Source: a candidate division FCPU426 bacterium
GTDB lineage: Bacteria; Oederibacteriota; Muellerivitia; Muellerivitales; Muellerivitaceae
NCBI GenBank assembly: GCA_963719085.1
Contig: CAVRAL010000001.1
Span: 704,001 to 768,000 of the forward strand
DNA: 64,000 nt
Direction: 5' to 3'
Below are positions 1 through 10,093 of the stretch, in pieces. Made by a program: the position numbers and the translations under genes. Position 1 is the stretch's first letter. Each line of letters opens with the position of its first letter. Below the pieces are notes generated by a model, which was not told the origin of the DNA, searched no databases, and saw only the letters and a list, made by a program, of their open reading frames with translations.

Positions 1-1
1 C

Positions 2-205
2 CAAGGCGAAGTCCAGGTTTTGGACGCGAACAATTCCTTGGTCAAGGACCAGGTGGAGGGGAAGAAACCGGACGATTATGACCATGAAATGGATATCGAT
101 GGCTTGAAACCGGACACGCCTTATAAGATTCAGGTGCTGGTCAAAGACCTGAATCAAAATCAAAGCATCAGTCAAGCCAAGGATGTCGCCACCCCGCCGG
201 GTTGA
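2..205 (+). CDS. Partial CDS (5' end outside window), C-terminal fibronectin type III-like domain
   Basis: Frame open from base 2 to TGA at 203-205; 'IDGLKPDTPYKIQV' resembles the FN3 L.P.T.Y motif. Confidence 0.55.
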   Translation, partial: QGEVQVLDANNSLVKDQVEGKKPDDYDHEMDIDGLKPDTPYKIQVLVKDLNQNQSISQAKDVATPPG

Positions 206-349
206 ACCGCGCGCTTCAGAGCTCTTTTTCGTCCATTCAGCGTCTAAACCCATTAAATGCTTTAGACTTTCAAATTAAACATGCTAGAATACGCACCATT
301 TTGCGCCCAGTCCATTTGGGCTTTCCATCATCTTTTCGTGGAGGATTTT

Positions 350-2659
350 TTGCGCTCTTGGCGGCTCTTGGTTACCAACCTGTCGGTGTATTTTCTGTTT
401 TTGGCGGCGTTTTCCGCGCCTGTCCTGGCTCAAACTGATGATACCCTTCCCAAAATCGAGAAGATCAACATCGACGGCAATCACAATACGTCCGCCCTGG
501 TGATCTACGGCCATTTGCGTGAAAAGGAAGGGGATACCTTTTCCTTGCGCAAGGTGCGGGACGACATTCACGAACTTTTCGCCATGGGCGATTTTAAGGA
601 CGTTCAAGCGGACGCCGCCGCCGGGACCCACGCCAATCAGGTCATCTTAACTTTTACCGTGGTGGAGCGGCCCCAGGTGGGGACGATTACCTTCAAGGGA
701 AACCGTAAATGGGGCGCTTCCAAGTTCCTCGACGCCATCAAGACGGCGGCCAAGACTCCTTTTGACCCTTCTAAAATGAACGGGGACCTGGACGCCATCC
801 GCGGCCTTTACCTGGACGAGGGTTACGCTTCCGTCAAGGTGAGTTATGAAAGCCATCTTCAACCGGAAACCAATATCTTGGATTTGCAGTTCGTGATCGA
901 AGAGGGCACCCAGATCAAGGTGGGGCCGATTGAAATATTGGGCGCGGAGGCTTTCAGCGCGAAAAAAGTCGCCGACCAAATGAAGGACATCCATAAGGGC
1001 GATAAGTACCAGCCCGATAAACTGGACACGGATTTACAACAGATCGAGGATTTTTATCATGACGAGGGTTACTTGCGGGCCGCCGTGGTTTCCCATAAAG
1101 AACGCATTGATCCGGTTTTGCGCCTGGCCTATCTCTCGATCACGGTGAAGGAAGGGATTCAATACACCGTTGGAACCGTTCAATTCGAGGGAAACGTCAT
1201 ATTTGACGACAGTGACATGCAAAAAGCCCTGGTGCTTAAGACCGGGGACCTGCTCCGCCAAAAGGACCTGGATACGGGGCTTCATAATCTGCGCAGCCTT
1301 TACGCGGACAAAGGCTACATCTACGCCAATGTGAACCAGCAGTTGACCTATAACGACGACGCCAAAAAAGTCGATTTGGATTTTAAGGTCACCGAGGGCT
1401 CGGTGGCTTACGTGCAAGACGTGAAGATCGTGGGCAATTATAAGACGCGGGATTATGTCATCCGCCGGGAATTGTTGATCAAGCCGGGCGATAAGTTTGA
1501 GGCCGACTTGGTGCGGGAGTCCGCGGCGGCCCTTTACAACCTGGGCTATTTCGAGGAAGTGAATCCGGAGATCCAGCCGGGCGACACGCCGGGCAAGGAA
1601 ATTTTGGTGTTCCGGGTCAAGGAACGCCAGACCGGGTCCATCAGCGTGGGCGCGGGTTACAGCTCGGTGGAACAATTGGTCGGAAACGTCTCGTTCAAGG
1701 AAGAGAACCTTTTCGGGAAGGGCCAAAAATTCAACGTGGACTTTCAGTTCGGCGCCCTTCAGACCAGCATCGACGCGGGATTCACCGAACCCTGGTTGTT
1801 CAACACGCCGACTTCCCTGAGCGTCCAATTTTTCGACACGACGCAAACCTACAATACCAACGTGCTCGGCAGCTCGACCTCCACCCAGTATTACAATCAA
1901 TACCGGGTCGGCGGCTCGTTGAGCTTAGGCCGCAAGCTGAGCCGTTTTTGGAGCATCTTTGGGACCTATGATTATGAATATGACACGATTTACGGGGTGC
2001 AGCCGCCCTTTGATGATCCGACGAATCCCCAATATGTCCCAAGCTCCCATGGAGCCACGAGCAGCTTCACGCCCCGGCTTGTTTATGATAGCCGGGACAA
2101 TTATTTCGATCCTCACGCGGGATGGAAGCACCAGATTTCCCTGGAGTTCGCCGGCGGCCCCTTGGGCGCCAATTACAACTACATCAAGGCCGTGGAAGAC
2201 ACGAGTCATTTCATCCAGTTGCCGCTCGATTTCGTTTTGGGCGAGCATGTGCGTTTTGGCTTGGCTCAAGCCTATCCTTTCTTGAATTATTACGCCGACC
2301 TTCCGATTTACGATAAGTTTTTCGCCGGCGGCACGGACACCATCCGGGGCTACAACGAGCGAACCGTGGGGCCTTTGAACGGTGGCAACGCGCTTTTCGT
2401 GAACAATTTGGAACTCAAGCACACCCTGGTCGGCCCCTTGCGCGGTGTGATCTTTTTGGACGCGGGAGATTGTTGGACCGATTACATCAACATCAACGGC
2501 GACCTTCAATGGGGCGCGGGGGTGGGCGTGCGCTTGACCATTCCGGGAACCGTCATGGCCATTCGATTGGATTATGGCTGGCCCATCATCACGGACCTGC
2601 CGATATCCTCGGCGCCTCCGGGCGGTGTGCTGCACTTTAATCTCGGGGACATTTTTTAA
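350..2659 (+). CDS. bamA: Outer membrane protein assembly factor BamA
   Basis: Signal peptide, repeated POTRA-type segments (I.F.GN...), 'IRGY' loop motif, C-terminal Phe; TTG start at 350 after GGAGG (ORF track start 281). Confidence 0.95.
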   Translation: MRSWRLLVTNLSVYFLFLAAFSAPVLAQTDDTLPKIEKINIDGNHNTSALVIYGHLREKEGDTFSLRKVRDDIHELFAMGDFKDVQADAAAGTHANQVILTFTVVERPQVGTITFKGNRKWGASKFLDAIKTAAKTPFDPSKMNGDLDAIRGLYLDEGYASVKVSYESHLQPETNILDLQFVIEEGTQIKVGPIEILGAEAFSAKKVADQMKDIHKGDKYQPDKLDTDLQQIEDFYHDEGYLRAAVVSHKERIDPVLRLAYLSITVKEGIQYTVGTVQFEGNVIFDDSDMQKALVLKTGDLLRQKDLDTGLHNLRSLYADKGYIYANVNQQLTYNDDAKKVDLDFKVTEGSVAYVQDVKIVGNYKTRDYVIRRELLIKPGDKFEADLVRESAAALYNLGYFEEVNPEIQPGDTPGKEILVFRVKERQTGSISVGAGYSSVEQLVGNVSFKEENLFGKGQKFNVDFQFGALQTSIDAGFTEPWLFNTPTSLSVQFFDTTQTYNTNVLGSSTSTQYYNQYRVGGSLSLGRKLSRFWSIFGTYDYEYDTIYGVQPPFDDPTNPQYVPSSHGATSSFTPRLVYDSRDNYFDPHAGWKHQISLEFAGGPLGANYNYIKAVEDTSHFIQLPLDFVLGEHVRFGLAQAYPFLNYYADLPIYDKFFAGGTDTIRGYNERTVGPLNGGNALFVNNLELKHTLVGPLRGVIFLDAGDCWTDYININGDLQWGAGVGVRLTIPGTVMAIRLDYGWPIITDLPISSAPPGGVLHFNLGDIF

Positions 2660-2671
2660 ATCGAACGCTTT

Positions 2672-2764
2672 GAACCACCGACGCGGACAGATCAAGGCGG
2701 ATAACGTCGGATAAGTTTCCAGATCTTTTTTGATTTTAGAATCATCTGTGCGCAACTGTGGTTC
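2672..2764. repeat. Degenerate intergenic palindrome (family B-like)
   Basis: GAACCAC..GACAGAT / ATCTGTG..GTGGTTC arms around an AT-rich spacer. Confidence 0.45.
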
Positions 2765-2806
2765 CAGCCTATTGTTGTGGATTTGCTTTTCGCCTATGAT
2801 TTCCCC

Positions 2807-3580
2807 ATGAAAATCTTGCTGACCAACGACGATGGATTTGACGCTCCGGGCCTCCAGGCCCTTGTGGAGGCCATTCGGCCTTTGGGCGACATCGCGGTGG
2901 CGGCCCCGAACGAGCAGGCCAGCGCCAGCGGCCATTCCATTTCGCTTCACGCTTCCATCAAAGTCGCCTCGGACAACCGGTTTGGCCTCGAGCAAGCTTT
3001 TCGCGTTTCCAGCACCCCGGCGGATTGCGTCCGGTTGGCGGTGCTTCAACTTTTGTCTTGGAAGCCTGATTTGGTTGTATCCGGCGTGAATCAAGGCGCG
3101 AATTACGGATCCCTGATTTTTTACTCCGGGACAGTGGCGGCGGCGGCCGAGGCCGCGCTTTTGGGGATTCCTTCCATGGCGGTTTCGCTTACCAGCCATA
3201 CCTCCCATGATTTCGCGGCCGCCGCCTTCTATGCCAAACAGTTGGCCCGGCAAATCGCCGAAAGAGGTTTGGAGCCGGGTGTTCTTTTGAACGTGAATGT
3301 GCCGCCGTTACCCGCGTCAAAACTGCGGGGGATCGCCTTAACGCATCAGGGGAAGTTCAGGCACGTGGACGATTTGGCGCCCCATCCGGAAATGGAAGGG
3401 CATTACCGCTATGTTTTGGACAGTCCCACCGCGCCGTCCGAGGAAGATCCGGATTCGGATGTGGCCCGGGTCCGGTCCGGATATGTTTCGGTCACACCGC
3501 TCCATTTGGACTTGACCGCCAAACAGGGATTTCATCATTTCGCCAAGTGGCCTTGGGGGGATGAACCATGGATGGATTGA
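2807..3580 (+). CDS. surE: 5'/3'-nucleotidase SurE
   Basis: MKILLTNDDG, TPADCV, DLVVSGVN.GAN.G, YSGTVAAA, VSVTPL motifs. Confidence 0.95.
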   Translation: MKILLTNDDGFDAPGLQALVEAIRPLGDIAVAAPNEQASASGHSISLHASIKVASDNRFGLEQAFRVSSTPADCVRLAVLQLLSWKPDLVVSGVNQGANYGSLIFYSGTVAAAAEAALLGIPSMAVSLTSHTSHDFAAAAFYAKQLARQIAERGLEPGVLLNVNVPPLPASKLRGIALTHQGKFRHVDDLAPHPEMEGHYRYVLDSPTAPSEEDPDSDVARVRSGYVSVTPLHLDLTAKQGFHHFAKWPWGDEPWMD

Positions 3581-4641
3581 GCCCCGGTTCCCGGTTGGCG
3601 GTGGGTTCGTTGCCGCATTTGGACGCGCCCGCGGCGGTCCAGTCCCAGCTGCGTTTTTTCGCTGAAATACCGGCCTGGCCTCAATTGCCCAAACGTTCCC
3701 CTAAGGAAGAAATGCTGCGCCAAGGGCTCTTGGGGATCCCGGGGATGGTTTGGACCGATTCCCAGAAGCCCTTGTGGACTTTACGTCCCGCGGATACGGA
3801 GGAGGCTTTGGATCTTTTAGCCTCCGAAAATGAGGCGGCTAAGCTCCACCGGGCGTCTTTTCACCAGGACGAGGCGCCGGGATTCGAGCTGCTTTTGGAA
3901 ATTTTGAAACGGGACAAACTGGAAGGCGTAAAGGCCGTGAAAGGGCAGTGCGTGGGGCCCGTGACCTTAGGGCTTCATCTGATGGATGAGACGGGGCAAC
4001 CCGCGCTTTTCTCAAAATCCCACATGGAAGTTTTGGTGGAGTATTTGGTGATGCATGCCCGGTGGCAGGCGATGCGGCTGGCGCAGGCGGGAAAACCGGT
4101 GGTCTTTTTTATTGATGAACCCGCGGTGAATGGTTTGTTCGAGCCGGAAACCTATGGTTTAAAATGGTCGGATCTGGACCGATGGTATGATGGGCTGCTG
4201 GGCCGCCTTCAGGACGAAGGAATCTTAACTGGCATCCATAGTTGCGGCTCCGGACCCTGGGATTGGGTGTTTCGAACCCCCGCCGAAATTTTTCATTTGG
4301 ACGCTTTTCGATACTTCGACGAGATTGAGCGTCAAGCCGGGGCCTTCAGCGCCTTCATGCGAAAAGGGGGAGTGGTGGCGTGGGGATTGGTGCCCACGCA
4401 AAAGACCCGGGGCGCATTCCCGGAGCCGGCTGAACTTTTAACCCGGTGGGCCGATGGGGTGAAAAGCCTGGCCCGAAAAGGTTTGGCGCCCGCGGAAATC
4501 GCGGGGCGGTCCTTTTTCTCGACTTCCTGCGGATTGGGATTGAGCGGCATGCCGATGGCGGAAGAAGCCGTTCGTTGTTTGGATATGTTGGTGACGCTTT
4601 GGAAAGTGGAAATGGAGTCCGGTTTTGACCGGTCTTTTTAA
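3568..4641 (+). CDS. Core (single-barrel) cobalamin-independent methionine synthase-like protein, MesB-like
   Basis: VGSLPH, IPAWPQLP, VKGQCVGPVT, FIDEP, GIHSCG, SCGLG; only 357 aa, no N-terminal folate-binding barrel. Confidence 0.7.
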   Translation: MDGLSPGSRLAVGSLPHLDAPAAVQSQLRFFAEIPAWPQLPKRSPKEEMLRQGLLGIPGMVWTDSQKPLWTLRPADTEEALDLLASENEAAKLHRASFHQDEAPGFELLLEILKRDKLEGVKAVKGQCVGPVTLGLHLMDETGQPALFSKSHMEVLVEYLVMHARWQAMRLAQAGKPVVFFIDEPAVNGLFEPETYGLKWSDLDRWYDGLLGRLQDEGILTGIHSCGSGPWDWVFRTPAEIFHLDAFRYFDEIERQAGAFSAFMRKGGVVAWGLVPTQKTRGAFPEPAELLTRWADGVKSLARKGLAPAEIAGRSFFSTSCGLGLSGMPMAEEAVRCLDMLVTLWKVEMESGFDRSF

Positions 4642-4650
4642 GGGAGCGAC

Positions 4651-5028
4651 ATGAAATTGCGCAATGACTCAAAGTCAACCTGGGTGGCGTTGGGGATGAT
4701 GATTTTGGCTTGCGCCGCGGTTTGGTTTCTAACCGAGCCCTATGAGTCGCAGGCCGCGGCTTTTTGCGGCGGATTGGCTTACATCGGTTGGTTTCCGTAT
4801 TTGACTTTGTTCGGTTTGTTTTTGACCGCCCGGATCAAAAGGAACATTTTGCTTTTTTGGTTCTTGTTCAATTTGGCGGCCGATTCAGCCTTGCGTCTTC
4901 ATGTCTTAATGGGAGCCCGGGATTTGTTCAGCCTATTTTTGTTGTTGGCCCTGCCGTTTATTTTTTGCGTTTGTTTGACCACGCTTTTTGTTTATTCCTT
5001 TGATAAACGCAACGGCCCCGAACTCTGA
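4651..5028 (+). CDS. Hypothetical membrane protein (about 4 TM)
   Basis: AGGGAG RBS, ATG, hydrophobic segments. Confidence 0.6.
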   Translation: MKLRNDSKSTWVALGMMILACAAVWFLTEPYESQAAAFCGGLAYIGWFPYLTLFGLFLTARIKRNILLFWFLFNLAADSALRLHVLMGARDLFSLFLLLALPFIFCVCLTTLFVYSFDKRNGPEL

Positions 5029-5057
5029 TACAGGCGCCAATAAGGCGAAAATATTTC

Positions 5058-5144
5058 GCAATGATTCAGGCGGATGAAAGCCGATTTAGAACAAAATGTT
5101 CATTCGGATGTTTTTTATCGGTGTCAATCGGCTTTTATCATTGC
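5058..5144. repeat. Intergenic palindrome (family B-like, degenerate)
   Basis: GCAATGATTCAGGCGGATGAAAGCCGAT ... ATCGGTGTCAATCGGCTTTTATCATTGC imperfect inverted arms. Confidence 0.6.
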
Positions 5145-5324
5145 TGAATTGCATTTGATTTTGTCTTTAAAACCGCTTGGTTTTTTTGTTGGTGGCGGAC
5201 GCCAAGTCACTTATACTGTGCGCGCTTTCTCCTCTTGCCATTCCACGCTTTTTCGACACAAGCTTTTCTTTTTCCAGCCGGGTTCTTGTCAGGCCGTTAT
5301 TTCGTTTCTCTCGAGGGGGTTTTT

Positions 5325-6623
5325 TTGATCGCGCGTTACACGCTGCCGGAAATGGGACGCCTTTGGTCCGAAGACGCGAAATTCAACGCTTGGTTGAAAG
5401 TGGAAGTGGCCGCCTGCGAGGCCTGGGCCAAACTTAAAAAAATACCCGCCAAGGATTTGGCGATCATCAAGAAAAAAGCCCGGTTCAGCGTGCCCCGGAT
5501 TGAGGCGATCGAGCGCAAAACCAACCACGACTTGATCGCCTTCCTCACCTCGGTGGCTGAGTTTGTGGGTCCCTCGTCCCGTTTCATTCATTTAGGCCTG
5601 ACTTCCACCGATGTGGTGGACACCGCCCAATCCCTTCAACTGGTTCAGGCCACCGATCTTTTGGCCTCCCAGTTGGCGAAGCTTCGATCCATCTTGAAAG
5701 TCCAAGCGATCAAGCACCGTCATTCCATGATGATCGGGCGCACCCACGGGGTGCACGCTGAGCCGGTGACTTTTGGCCTCAAGATGGCCCTGTGGTTTGA
5801 TGAGGTGGGCCGCCACCAAGAACGCCTGACCATGGCGCGCCGCCAGATCGCGGTGGGTAAAATCTCCGGCGCGGTAGGCACCTTCGCCAATATCGACCCC
5901 AAGGTTGAGGAGCAAGTCTGCCGGATCTTAAAACTCAAGCCCGCGCCGGTTTCCACCCAGACCCTGCAGCGCGACCGCCTGGCTTTTTACCTGTCGGTTT
6001 TGGCCGGCATCGGGAACTCGTTGGAAAAATTCGCCACCGAGATCCGCAATCTACAACGCACCGAATTGTTGGAAGCCGAGGAGTTTTTCGCCGAAGGCCA
6101 AAAGGGGTCTTCCGCCATGCCGCATAAACGAAATCCGCTGACCTGCGAAAGGGTGGCGGGACTTTCCCGGGTGATGCGGGGCTACGCCTTGGCGGCGCAG
6201 GAAGACGTGGCGCTATGGCACGAGCGGGATATCACCCACTCTTCCGTGGAACGGGTGATTTTGCCGGACGCCACCATTTGCCTTCATTACATGTTGGCGA
6301 AATTCATCGGAGTCATGGAAAAACTGAATGTTTATCCCGAGCGCATGCTTAAAAATATCCAATTGACCCGGGGACTGGTCTCCTCCCAGCAGGTGCTTTT
6401 GGCCCTGGTGAAGAAGGGCCTGACGCGTGAAAAGGCCTATGCCATCGTCCAACGCAACGCCTTGAACGCCTGGAAGAATGAGCTTAACTTTAAGGACCTG
6501 GTCCGCCGGGACCCGGAAGTGCACTCTAAACTCAGCCACGAGGAGATCGAAAAATGTTTCGATCTCTCGTACCATTTAAAGAACGTGGATTACATCCTGA
6601 AAAGGGCCGGAATCTTTAAATAA
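5325..6623 (+). CDS. purB: Adenylosuccinate lyase
   Basis: GRTHGVHAEP and GSSAMPHKRNP signatures; TTG start after GAGGGGG. Confidence 0.97.
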   Translation: MIARYTLPEMGRLWSEDAKFNAWLKVEVAACEAWAKLKKIPAKDLAIIKKKARFSVPRIEAIERKTNHDLIAFLTSVAEFVGPSSRFIHLGLTSTDVVDTAQSLQLVQATDLLASQLAKLRSILKVQAIKHRHSMMIGRTHGVHAEPVTFGLKMALWFDEVGRHQERLTMARRQIAVGKISGAVGTFANIDPKVEEQVCRILKLKPAPVSTQTLQRDRLAFYLSVLAGIGNSLEKFATEIRNLQRTELLEAEEFFAEGQKGSSAMPHKRNPLTCERVAGLSRVMRGYALAAQEDVALWHERDITHSSVERVILPDATICLHYMLAKFIGVMEKLNVYPERMLKNIQLTRGLVSSQQVLLALVKKGLTREKAYAIVQRNALNAWKNELNFKDLVRRDPEVHSKLSHEEIEKCFDLSYHLKNVDYILKRAGIFK

Positions 6624-6629
6624 AACCTG

Positions 6630-6726
6630 TTTCACCGCCAAGACGCCAAGTGCGGCGATGACAATCAGGGTTTAAACGGGGATGGTTAAAATATTTTTTG
6701 TTGTTCTTGGCGTCTTGGCGGTGAAA
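6630..6726. repeat. Intergenic palindrome family A (perfect 21-bp inverted arms)
   Basis: TTTCACCGCCAAGACGCCAAG (6630-6650) / CTTGGCGTCTTGGCGGTGAAA (6706-6726). Confidence 0.9.
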
Positions 6727-6767
6727 ATTGTTTTTGAAGTTACAGTTATCCAGGTAAGGAGCCGCGA

Positions 6768-7022
6768 ATGGGCTGGCACGTGAATGTTTATGTGACGTTG
6801 AAACCTTCGGTGATGGACCCGCAGGGCGCCACCGTGCAGCGGGCGCTGGCCCAAATGGGTTACGACAAGGTTTCGAGGGTGCGGTTGGGAAAATTCACCG
6901 AGATGGAATTTGACGGCGCTTTATCCGAGGCTGAGGTGAAGAAACAGACGGATGAGATTTGCGACAAGCTGTTGGCCAACCCGAACATTGAAAGCTACCG
7001 CTTTACCGTGGAGAAAAAATAA
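6768..7022 (+). CDS. purS: FGAM synthase subunit PurS
   Basis: [18 protein letters not shown] motifs; AAGGAG RBS. Confidence 0.95.
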   Translation: MGWHVNVYVTLKPSVMDPQGATVQRALAQMGYDKVSRVRLGKFTEMEFDGALSEAEVKKQTDEICDKLLANPNIESYRFTVEKK

Positions 7023-7023
7023 G

Positions 7024-7719
7024 ATGAAATTCTCGGTCGTCGTTTTTCCCGGTTCCAACTGTGATCATGACTGCGAGACCACGCTTCGGGACGTCATGGG
7101 CCAGCCGGTGGAGATGATTTGGCATAAAGATACGGACCTCAAAAAGCCCGATTGCGTGATCGTGCCAGGCGGTTTTTCTTACGGCGACTACCTGCGCACG
7201 GGCGCCATCGCCCGCTTTAGCCCGGTCATGAAATCCGTGGCCGATTTCGCCGCCAAGGGCGGTTTGGTGATGGGCATCTGCAATGGTTTTCAAATTCTTT
7301 GTGAGGCCAAGCTTTTGCCCGGGGCGCTTTTGAAAAACCGGAGCCTTCAATTCATCTGCAAGGAAGTTTATCTGCGTTTGGAACAAGAAAAGACGCCTTT
7401 TACCAGCGCCGGTAAGCCGGGCCAAGTCTTGAAAATTCCCATCGCGCATGGGGAAGGCAATTATTTTATCGACGCGGACGGTTTGAAACGGCTGAAGGAC
7501 CAGGGTCAAGTGGTGGTCCGCTATTGCGACGAGAAAGGCCGGACCACCGACGCCGGCAATCCGAACGGTTCGTTGGACAACATCGCCGGTATCTGCGGCG
7601 AGAAAAGAAACGTCTTTGGCCTGATGCCGCATCCCGACCGCTCCAGCGAATCCGCTTTAGGCAGTAACGACGGCCGCCTCTTCTGGGAATCTCTGTTAAA
7701 CGCGGCGGTAAAAGCGTGA
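7024..7719 (+). CDS. purQ: FGAM synthase glutaminase subunit PurQ
   Basis: [31 protein letters not shown]. Confidence 0.97.
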   Translation: MKFSVVVFPGSNCDHDCETTLRDVMGQPVEMIWHKDTDLKKPDCVIVPGGFSYGDYLRTGAIARFSPVMKSVADFAAKGGLVMGICNGFQILCEAKLLPGALLKNRSLQFICKEVYLRLEQEKTPFTSAGKPGQVLKIPIAHGEGNYFIDADGLKRLKDQGQVVVRYCDEKGRTTDAGNPNGSLDNIAGICGEKRNVFGLMPHPDRSSESALGSNDGRLFWESLLNAAVKA

Positions 7720-9938
7720 GCCCCGTGACGATTGAAATCACTCCCGAAATCGTCAAAGAACACGGCCTGAAACCGGATGAATACGATCGGATTTTAAAAA
7801 TTTTGGGGCGTAAGCCCAATATGACCGAGTTGGGCGTTTATTCGGTCATGTGGTCCGAGCATTGCGGCTATAAACACTCGAAAGAAGTTCTTCGAAAATT
7901 CACCACCACCGGCGCCAAGGTGCTTCAGGGCCCGGGCGAAAACGCCGGTATTATGGATATCGGGGAAGGCTGGGCGGTGGCGTTCAAAGTCGAAAGCCAT
8001 AACCATCCTTCGGCGGTGGAACCCTATCAAGGCGCGGCCACGGGCGTGGGTGGAATCTTGCGCGACATCTTCACCATGGGCGCCAGGCCCATCGCGAATT
8101 TAAATTCCCTGCGGTTTGGGCCCTTGGCGCTTCCCAAGGTGAAACATCTTTTTACCGGTGTGGTGCGGGGCATCGCCGATTACGGCAATTGCATGGGAAT
8201 CCCGACCGTGGCCGGGGAAGTGGTTTTTGACGAGACCTATACCGATAACTGCCTGGTCAATGCCATGAGTGTGGGGCTGGTGCGGCATGAGCACATCATC
8301 CGGGGCAAGGCCACGGGTGTGGGCAACAAGGTCATTTATATCGGCGCCACCACGGGCCGGGACGGTATCCATGGGGCGACCTTCGCCTCGACCGAGATCA
8401 GCCAAGAATCCCAAGAAAAACGCAGCGCGGTGCAAGTGGCCGACCCCTTCATGGAAAAACTTTTGATGGAAGCCACGCTGGAACTTATTCATGGGGACCT
8501 TTTGATCGGAATTCAGGATATGGGCGCGGCGGGTTTGACCTGTTCGACCTGCGAGATGGCCAGCCGGGGCGGCGCGGGTATTGAGATTGACGTGGCCAAG
8601 GTCCCCCAGCGCGAATCGGGCATGACAGCCTATGAAATTCTTCTTTCGGAGTCCCAGGAGCGGATGCTTTTGGTCGCCAAACCCGGATGCGAGCAAAAGG
8701 TCCATGAGGTTTTGGCCAAGTGGGATCTGCACGCGGCCACCATCGGCCATGTGACTGACACGGGCATGATGGTCGTTAAAGAGAACGGCAAAATCGTGGT
8801 GGAAGTCCCGGCGGAGTCCTTGACCGAGCCCCCGATTTATCACCCGGCTAAAAGCGAACCGGAGATTTTAAAAAAGCACAAAGCCTTTGATGAGTCCTCG
8901 ATTCCCGAGCCCCAAGACGCCACCGAGGTTTTGCTCAAGCTTTTAGCGGATCCGACCATTGCCAGCAAGCGCTGGGTTTACCAACAATATGACCATATGG
9001 TCCGGACTAACACTTATGTTCGTCCGGGTTCGGACGCCGCTGTGGTCCGGGTGAAGGGCACCTCCCTCGGCTTGGCCATGACCATTGACGGCAATGGCGC
9101 TTACTGCGCGCTGGATCCTTATGAAGGCGGCAAAATTGTGGTGGCGGAAGCGGCCCGGAACATCGCCTGCTCGGGCGCTGAGCCCTTCGGCATGACCGAT
9201 TGCCTCAATTATGGAAGTCCCGAAAAGCCCGAGGTGTTTTATATGTTCGAGCGTTCGGTCTCCGGCGTGGCGGACGCTTCGGCGTTTTTGAAAATCCCGG
9301 TGACCGGCGGCAACGTCTCGCTTTACAACGAAAGCCCCCAAGGCGCGATTGATCCGACCCCCATTGTGGGCATGATCGGGCTTTTTAAAGACGTCTCCAA
9401 ACGGGTGACCCAGTGGTTTAAAAATGACGGGGACTTCATCTATTTACTCGGCAATATCGGCGATTCCATTGGTGCCAGCCGTTATTTGCACCTGCTCCAT
9501 GGTAAAAAGACCGGCTTATGCCCACAATTGGATCTGGAAGCCGAACAAAAATTACACCGGGCCCTGATCAATTTGGCGCAAGAAAGCGTGCTTCAAAGCG
9601 CGCATGATTGCTCGGATGGCGGATTCGCGGTGGCTTTGGCCGAAAGCTGTTTTAGCGGTTTTACCCATGAGCAAAGCCTCAGGGGCGCGGCGGTTAAATT
9701 GCCGGGGTCCGGCCGTCTGGATGGCCGGCTCTTTGGCGAAGCGCAATCCCGGGTGGTTGTTTCTTGTCAACCAGGGATGGCCGGGCGTTTGGAAGCGGAG
9801 ATGAAGAAACAGGGCGTGCCGTTTGAGAAAATCGGCCTAGTGGGCGGCGACAGCTTGACCATTGATTCGGTGGTGAAAGTTTCAACACAAAAAGCCGCGG
9901 ATTTGTTCTTCCAGGCTATTGAAAAAGTGATGGCTTAA
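7716..9938 (+). CDS. purL: FGAM synthase synthetase subunit PurL
   Basis: [37 protein letters not shown]. Confidence 0.97.
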   Translation: MSPVTIEITPEIVKEHGLKPDEYDRILKILGRKPNMTELGVYSVMWSEHCGYKHSKEVLRKFTTTGAKVLQGPGENAGIMDIGEGWAVAFKVESHNHPSAVEPYQGAATGVGGILRDIFTMGARPIANLNSLRFGPLALPKVKHLFTGVVRGIADYGNCMGIPTVAGEVVFDETYTDNCLVNAMSVGLVRHEHIIRGKATGVGNKVIYIGATTGRDGIHGATFASTEISQESQEKRSAVQVADPFMEKLLMEATLELIHGDLLIGIQDMGAAGLTCSTCEMASRGGAGIEIDVAKVPQRESGMTAYEILLSESQERMLLVAKPGCEQKVHEVLAKWDLHAATIGHVTDTGMMVVKENGKIVVEVPAESLTEPPIYHPAKSEPEILKKHKAFDESSIPEPQDATEVLLKLLADPTIASKRWVYQQYDHMVRTNTYVRPGSDAAVVRVKGTSLGLAMTIDGNGAYCALDPYEGGKIVVAEAARNIACSGAEPFGMTDCLNYGSPEKPEVFYMFERSVSGVADASAFLKIPVTGGNVSLYNESPQGAIDPTPIVGMIGLFKDVSKRVTQWFKNDGDFIYLLGNIGDSIGASRYLHLLHGKKTGLCPQLDLEAEQKLHRALINLAQESVLQSAHDCSDGGFAVALAESCFSGFTHEQSLRGAAVKLPGSGRLDGRLFGEAQSRVVVSCQPGMAGRLEAEMKKQGVPFEKIGLVGGDSLTIDSVVKVSTQKAADLFFQAIEKVMA

Positions 9939-9974
9939 TCTTTTATTTAAAAAAAGATAGGCGAAGGCAATTTT

Positions 9975-10051
9975 ACAATGATGAACGCAGATGGACGCCG
10001 ATGAAAATCAAATCAAATGATTTATCAGCGTTTATCCGCGTCCATCATTGT
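9975..10051. repeat. Intergenic palindrome family B
   Basis: ACAATGATGAACGCAGATGGACGCCGAT ... ATCAGCGTTTATCCGCGTCCATCATTGT; left arm identical to 36318-36345. Confidence 0.85.
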
Positions 10052-10093
10052 TCCAAAGATTTTTGCCGTTAGTTTTAAATCTAAAATGGGGAA

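Noticed and set aside
1925..3253. 442-aa minus-strand ORF
   Set aside because: Antisense shadow of bamA/surE with no recognisable motifs
5200..5324. Purine or ZTP riboswitch / PurR box upstream of purB (also checked before purM and purH)
   Set aside because: No recognisable aptamer core or operator by eye; an Rfam search would be decisive
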